Shown here one piece after another: positions 25,144 through 29,477 of a stretch of 29,477 bases of DNA. Below the pieces are notes generated by a model. The model saw nothing but the letters and a program-made list of their open reading frames with translations, ran no database searches and was not told the origin of the DNA. Source of the DNA: an uncultured Clostridia bacterium (lineage in GTDB: Bacteria; Bacillota; Clostridia; Oscillospirales; Acutalibacteraceae); contig CALWMQ010000047.1 of the NCBI GenBank assembly GCA_944382025.1, forward strand, positions 1 through 29,477. The letters run 5' to 3'. How positions within the stretch are numbered: position 1 is the first letter of the stretch; each line of letters opens with the position of its first letter. The position numbers and the translations under genes are program-made.

Positions 25144-27081
25144 TTGGCAGTTGCAAAGATGAAACTGGTCAGCATCATCGGCCATTTAAACAGCCTGGAC
25201 AACGTCGTCCGGGTATGCGGACAAAGCGGTGTGTTCCAGCCGGATGATGCCATGACTTTCTTTTCCGATACCACCGGATTCTCCTCCATTAAAGAGGAAA
25301 ACCCCTATAGTGATCCCTTGAGCCGCCTGGAATCCGCAGTGGTCCGCGTCGGCGGCAAGCTGAAGCTGACCGACCTGCCTGAGACCATGGGGCGGGAAGA
25401 ACTAACCGCCTATGTGGACGGATTTGCCCAGAAAGCCGCGGACCTAACCCGCCGCCGCAGCGAATTATCCGCCCATCAGGAATCCCTGAGTAAGGATATT
25501 GAGCAGTTCCAGCATTTCAAAGGGCTGGACATTGATTTGGAAGATATCCTTCATTGCCAAACCATTAAAGTGCGTTTCGGCCGCCTGCCCAAAGAGAGCT
25601 TTGAAAAACTGCGCAGCTATAATGAAAACCCTTATGTGCTCTTTTTCCCCGGCGCCAGCGATACGGAATATTACTGGGGCGTCTACTTCGCCCCGCTGGA
25701 ATACGCATCAGAGGTAGACCGTATCTTCTCCAGCCTGTATTTTGAGCGGCTGCGGATCCCCTCCGCGGAAGGCACTCCGGAAGAAATCGTCGCCCATCTG
25801 GAGGCGGAACAAACCGAAGCCATTGCCCAGGCCAATGCCCTTCAAAAAGAACTGTCCGATTTCTGGCAGTCGGAAGCGGCCCGCTGCTGCCAGGTATACA
25901 GCCGCCTCAAACAGCTGGACTATTACTTTGGCGTGCGCCGGTATGCTGCCCGCTACAATGACAAGTTCATCCTGGCCGGCTGGATCCCCGCTAACAAGGA
26001 AAAAGCCTTCTCTCAAGCGCTGGAATCCATCGATGCTATTGAATATTCCTTCCAAAGCCCGGACGCTGATACCCATCACACCCCGCCGGTTTCCCTGCGC
26101 AATCCCGGGCTGTTCAGGCCGTTTGAATTCTTCGTGGATATGTACGGCCTGCCCCGGTACAACGAAATTGATCCTACCGCCTTTGTGGCCATTACCTTCA
26201 CCATCCTGTTCGGCATTATGTTCGGGGATCTGGGTCAGGGAATCCTGTTATCCATCGCCGGTTTCCTCATGTGGAAGCTGAAAAAAATGCCCATCGGCAA
26301 AATCCTGGTTCCCTGCGGCATCTCTTCCGCCGTATTCGGTATCGTGTTCGGTTCGGTCTTCGGCTTCGAGCATGTACTGGATCCCTTCTATCACGCGGTA
26401 TTCGGCCTGGAGGAAAAACCCATTGAGGTCATGAATCCCTCTATGACCGTCAATATCATCCTGGGAGCTGTCTTTATCGGCTTGGCTCTCATCCTGATCG
26501 CCATGCTCCTGAACATTTATTCCAGCTTCCGGCGCCGGGACTATGAAAATGCCCTGTTCGGCCCCAACGGTATTGCCGGGTTTGTCTTCTTCGCCTCGCT
26601 GGTTACCGGTTTCGGCGGCCAGCTGATGTTCGGATGGCAGCTGCTGAACACCCCCTATGTGCTGTGCCTCATCGTACTGCCGATCCTCCTGATCTTCCTG
26701 CGTGAACCCCTGGGCAAGCTGGTGGCACGGGATCCTGACTGGAAACCGGAAAAATGGGGTGAATTCATCGTTCAGAACTTCTTCGAATTGTTCGAGATGA
26801 TGCTCACCTACCTGTCCAACACCATGTCCTTCCTGCGGGTAGGCGCTTTCGTACTGGTTCACGCCGGTATGATGATGGCGGTCTTCGCCATCGCCGGACT
26901 ATTCGGTCCCTTCGGTTACACCGTGGCGGTGATCATCGGCAACGCCTTGGTTATGGCCATGGAGGCCCTATTGGTTTCCATCCAAGTTATGCGTCTGGAA
27001 TTTTATGAAATGTTCAGCCGCTATTACAACGGCGATGGTCGTGCCTTCCATCCCCTGTCCCTGGAAAATGGCCGGGATTAA
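25144..27081 (+). CDS. atpI: V/A-type ATP synthase subunit I (a)
   Basis: Soluble N-terminal domain, FEFFVDMYGLPRYNEIDPT, FGIMFGDLGQG, SNTMSFLRVGAF (essential Arg) and RLEFYEMFSRYY; TTG start after AGGAGG. Confidence 0.95.
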   Translation: MAVAKMKLVSIIGHLNSLDNVVRVCGQSGVFQPDDAMTFFSDTTGFSSIKEENPYSDPLSRLESAVVRVGGKLKLTDLPETMGREELTAYVDGFAQKAADLTRRRSELSAHQESLSKDIEQFQHFKGLDIDLEDILHCQTIKVRFGRLPKESFEKLRSYNENPYVLFFPGASDTEYYWGVYFAPLEYASEVDRIFSSLYFERLRIPSAEGTPEEIVAHLEAEQTEAIAQANALQKELSDFWQSEAARCCQVYSRLKQLDYYFGVRRYAARYNDKFILAGWIPANKEKAFSQALESIDAIEYSFQSPDADTHHTPPVSLRNPGLFRPFEFFVDMYGLPRYNEIDPTAFVAITFTILFGIMFGDLGQGILLSIAGFLMWKLKKMPIGKILVPCGISSAVFGIVFGSVFGFEHVLDPFYHAVFGLEEKPIEVMNPSMTVNIILGAVFIGLALILIAMLLNIYSSFRRRDYENALFGPNGIAGFVFFASLVTGFGGQLMFGWQLLNTPYVLCLIVLPILLIFLREPLGKLVARDPDWKPEKWGEFIVQNFFELFEMMLTYLSNTMSFLRVGAFVLVHAGMMMAVFAIAGLFGPFGYTVAVIIGNALVMAMEALLVSIQVMRLEFYEMFSRYYNGDGRAFHPLSLENGRD

Positions 27082-27133
27082 CCCCATTGGTTGAGATTTT
27101 ATTATATAATCCATTATTTAGGAGGAATTTTCA

Positions 27134-27595
27134 ATGACTGCTTTGTATTTTATCCTTCCCGTGATCCTGCTGGCGGCCTCGGTTGCCATTTCCACCCTGC
27201 TGGTCAAAAAAGGAAAAACGCCCCGCAAGGCCATGAAAGTACATTTTTTCTCCCTGGCCATGATCGCCGCGGTTTGCGTTATGCTCCCGCTGGGTGCTTC
27301 CGCCGCTGATACTGCCGCCAACGCTGAAAACGGCGGAGCGGACGCCAGCGCTGTCACCACTGAAACGGAATCCAGCGGCATGGCCGATGGACTGAAGTAT
27401 ATTGGCGCCGCCTTGGCCGTGGGCCTGGCCGGCATCGGCTGCGGCATCGCCGTAGCCGCTGGCGCTCCTGCCGCTATCGGCGCTACTGCTGAAGATCCTA
27501 AGTCCTTCGGTAAATCCATTATCTTCGTGGCCTTGGGCGAAGGCTTCGGTTTGTACGGGCTGTTGATCGCTATCCTCTGCCTGGTGCTGAAATAG
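27134..27595 (+). CDS. atpK: V/A-type ATP synthase proteolipid subunit K (c)
   Basis: GLAGIGCGIA helix, EDPKSFGKSIIFVALGEGFGLYGLL with the carboxylate Glu, and an N-terminal extension. Confidence 0.93.
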   Translation: MTALYFILPVILLAASVAISTLLVKKGKTPRKAMKVHFFSLAMIAAVCVMLPLGASAADTAANAENGGADASAVTTETESSGMADGLKYIGAALAVGLAGIGCGIAVAAGAPAAIGATAEDPKSFGKSIIFVALGEGFGLYGLLIAILCLVLK

Positions 27596-27631
27596 ATCCC
27601 TGCCCATTTACCCGGAAAGGAGGGCTGTATC

Positions 27632-27940
27632 ATGCGATTTTACTTAATCAGCGATAACAACGATACCCGGGTCGGCATGCGCCTGGCCGGTATTGATGGA
27701 GTAGTGGTTCATGAGCCGGATGAGGTGAACCTTGCCTTGTGCAAAGCTATGGACATGGAGGATGTGGCTGTTATCCTCATGACGGAACATCTGGTCAAAA
27801 TGTGCGGCCCTCTGGTGGACGATCTGAAGCTGAACCGCTCCCGTCCCCTGATTGTGGAAATCCCCGACCGGCACGGCAACGGCCGCGCCAAGGATTCCAT
27901 TACCCGCTATGTGCGGGAGGCCATCGGCATCAAGATTTGA
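27632..27940 (+). CDS. atpF: V/A-type ATP synthase subunit F
   Basis: MRFYLISDNNDTRVGMRLAGIDG and PLIVEIPDRHG. Confidence 0.92.
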   Translation: MRFYLISDNNDTRVGMRLAGIDGVVVHEPDEVNLALCKAMDMEDVAVILMTEHLVKMCGPLVDDLKLNRSRPLIVEIPDRHGNGRAKDSITRYVREAIGIKI

Positions 27941-27967
27941 GTTTACCTGGAAAGGGCGTGATCTCCC

Positions 27968-28564
27968 ATGGCGAACAGCGAAGAAAAAGTCAGTAAGTTT
28001 GTTCAGGCCATTACCCAATACGCACAGGAACAAAAAGAAAAAATCCACCAGGAGGTGGAGGATTTTAAGACCGCCAAGCTCCAGGAGGCGGAACAGCAGG
28101 TACTCCGTGACGCTTACACCCTGATCCAAAAGGAACGCCTGGAACTCCAGGGCGATATGAGCCGGGAAATGTCCCGCCGGGATCTGGCTGCCCGGAAAGA
28201 ACTGCTGGCCCTGCGCCGGGATATGATGTCCCGGGTCTTCGCCGAGGCGGAAATACAGCTGGCCGCTTTTCGTGCCAGCCCCGCCTATATGGACTACCTG
28301 AAAAAGGCTGTCCGGGAATTGGAAAGCGTTCTCCCGACTCAGGGTACGTTCTATGAGGTCGGCCCCCAGGATACGGAACTGCTGCCCCAGCTGCGGGAAT
28401 TGTGCCCCCAGGGCTGCCCCGTCCAGGTCGCTGACGATATCCGCCTTGGCGGTATCCGCGGCGTTAACCTCTCTGCCGGCCGGATGGCCGATAATACCCT
28501 GGATACCCGTCTGGAGGAACAGAAAGACTGGTTTATTACCCATGCCGGGCTGACGGTGGATTGA
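27968..28564 (+). CDS. atpE: V/A-type ATP synthase subunit E
   Basis: N-terminal coiled-coil, C-terminal LGGIRG...DNTLDTRLEE, positioned between F and A. Confidence 0.88.
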   Translation: MANSEEKVSKFVQAITQYAQEQKEKIHQEVEDFKTAKLQEAEQQVLRDAYTLIQKERLELQGDMSREMSRRDLAARKELLALRRDMMSRVFAEAEIQLAAFRASPAYMDYLKKAVRELESVLPTQGTFYEVGPQDTELLPQLRELCPQGCPVQVADDIRLGGIRGVNLSAGRMADNTLDTRLEEQKDWFITHAGLTVD

Positions 28565-28622
28565 TCCGCCCGGTTCTCGCGGCTGGCCGCGTTCAGACTA
28601 ATTCGAAAGGTGTGGTGTCATC

Positions 28623-29477
28623 ATGAACAACACCATATACGGCATCAACGGCCCGGTTGTCACTATCCTGGGCAGTACCGGCCTGACCATGATGGAAATG
28701 GTGCTGGTTGGTGAGGAAAAACTGGTGGGTGAGGTCATCGGCATCAATGATCAGCAGACCACCATCCAGGTCTATGAAAACACCACCGGCCTGCGTCCCG
28801 GTGAACCGGTATATTCCTCAGGCGGGCCTCTGTGCGCTACCCTGGGACCAGGTATCCTGGACAATATATTCGACGGCATCGAACGCCCGCTGAAGGCTAT
28901 CGAAGCCAAATCCGGCGACTTTATCAGCCGCGGTGTCTCGGTTTCTTCCCTGGACGAGGAGCGGGAATGGGATGTCACCATCCTTGTCAAACCCGGTGAC
29001 GCCCTTGCCCCGGGACAGGTATACGCTACCTGCCCGGAAACCCCGATTATTACTCATAAATGCATGGTGCCTCCCGGCCTGTCCGGCCGTGTCACCCAAG
29101 TCCAACCCAATGGAAAATACAAAATTCGGGACACGGTTGTGACGCTCCAGGATGAAAAGGGCGCTCTCCATCAGCTGTCCCTCTGCCAGCAATGGCCTAT
29201 CCGGACCCCCCGCCCGGTGGCCAAACGGCTATACGCTGACCGCCCCCTCATCACCGGCCAACGGGTCATCGATACCCTGTTCCCAGTGGCTAAGGGCGGT
29301 ACCGCCGCCATCCCCGGCGGATTCGGTACCGGCAAAACCATGACCCAGCACCTGTTGGCTAATGGGGGCGTCGTCTGTATCATTGTCTATGTGGGCTGCG
29401 GAGAACGTGGAAATGAGATGTCCCAGGTTCTGGAGGGGCTCTCCAGCTTGGTCGTCCCGATATCCGGCCGCCCTATG
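28623..29477 (+). CDS. atpA: V/A-type ATP synthase catalytic subunit A, 5' part (runs off the window end)
   Basis: Not in the ORF track because it has no stop. Hand translation: MNNTIYGINGPVV...LGPGILDNIFDGIERPL...FPVAKGGTAAIPGGFGTGKT (P-loop)...GCGERGNEM. Confidence 0.96.
   Translation, partial: MNNTIYGINGPVVTILGSTGLTMMEMVLVGEEKLVGEVIGINDQQTTIQVYENTTGLRPGEPVYSSGGPLCATLGPGILDNIFDGIERPLKAIEAKSGDFISRGVSVSSLDEEREWDVTILVKPGDALAPGQVYATCPETPIITHKCMVPPGLSGRVTQVQPNGKYKIRDTVVTLQDEKGALHQLSLCQQWPIRTPRPVAKRLYADRPLITGQRVIDTLFPVAKGGTAAIPGGFGTGKTMTQHLLANGGVVCIIVYVGCGERGNEMSQVLEGLSSLVVPISGRPM

Overview
About 29.5 kb of ordinary GC-rich chromosome from a spore-forming Clostridia member (Oscillospirales-like by gene order and protein style; inference). 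The minus-strand block (1-19.5 kb) holds a truncated thioredoxin-reductase-like gene, copA/copZ, a membrane protein, cysS/cysE behind a Cys T-box, pgsA, rimO, recX, recA (sigma-A promoter plus LexA box), the spoIIAA-spoIIAB-sigF operon, folC, spoIIR, ispE, an aminotransferase, an Lrp regulator and a PHP/HisJ phosphatase. The plus-strand block holds a transglutaminase-like lipoprotein, an ACT + DUF711 pair and a V/A-type ATPase operon cut by the window end. I found no CRISPR array, transposase, integrase, tRNA, rRNA or defence genes. The main unexplained signal is a ~140-180 bp structured intergenic repeat in three diverged copies (11345-11484 +, 14904-15084 -, 22998-23179 -). It has conserved stems, variable loops, an invariant GCAA tetraloop and imperfect terminal inverted repeats. 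Secondary leads are a structured folC 5' leader, spoIIR lying next to the spoIIA operon, a small ORF coupled to recX, and a c/K subunit with an apparent internal signal peptide. All alignments and folds were done by eye.
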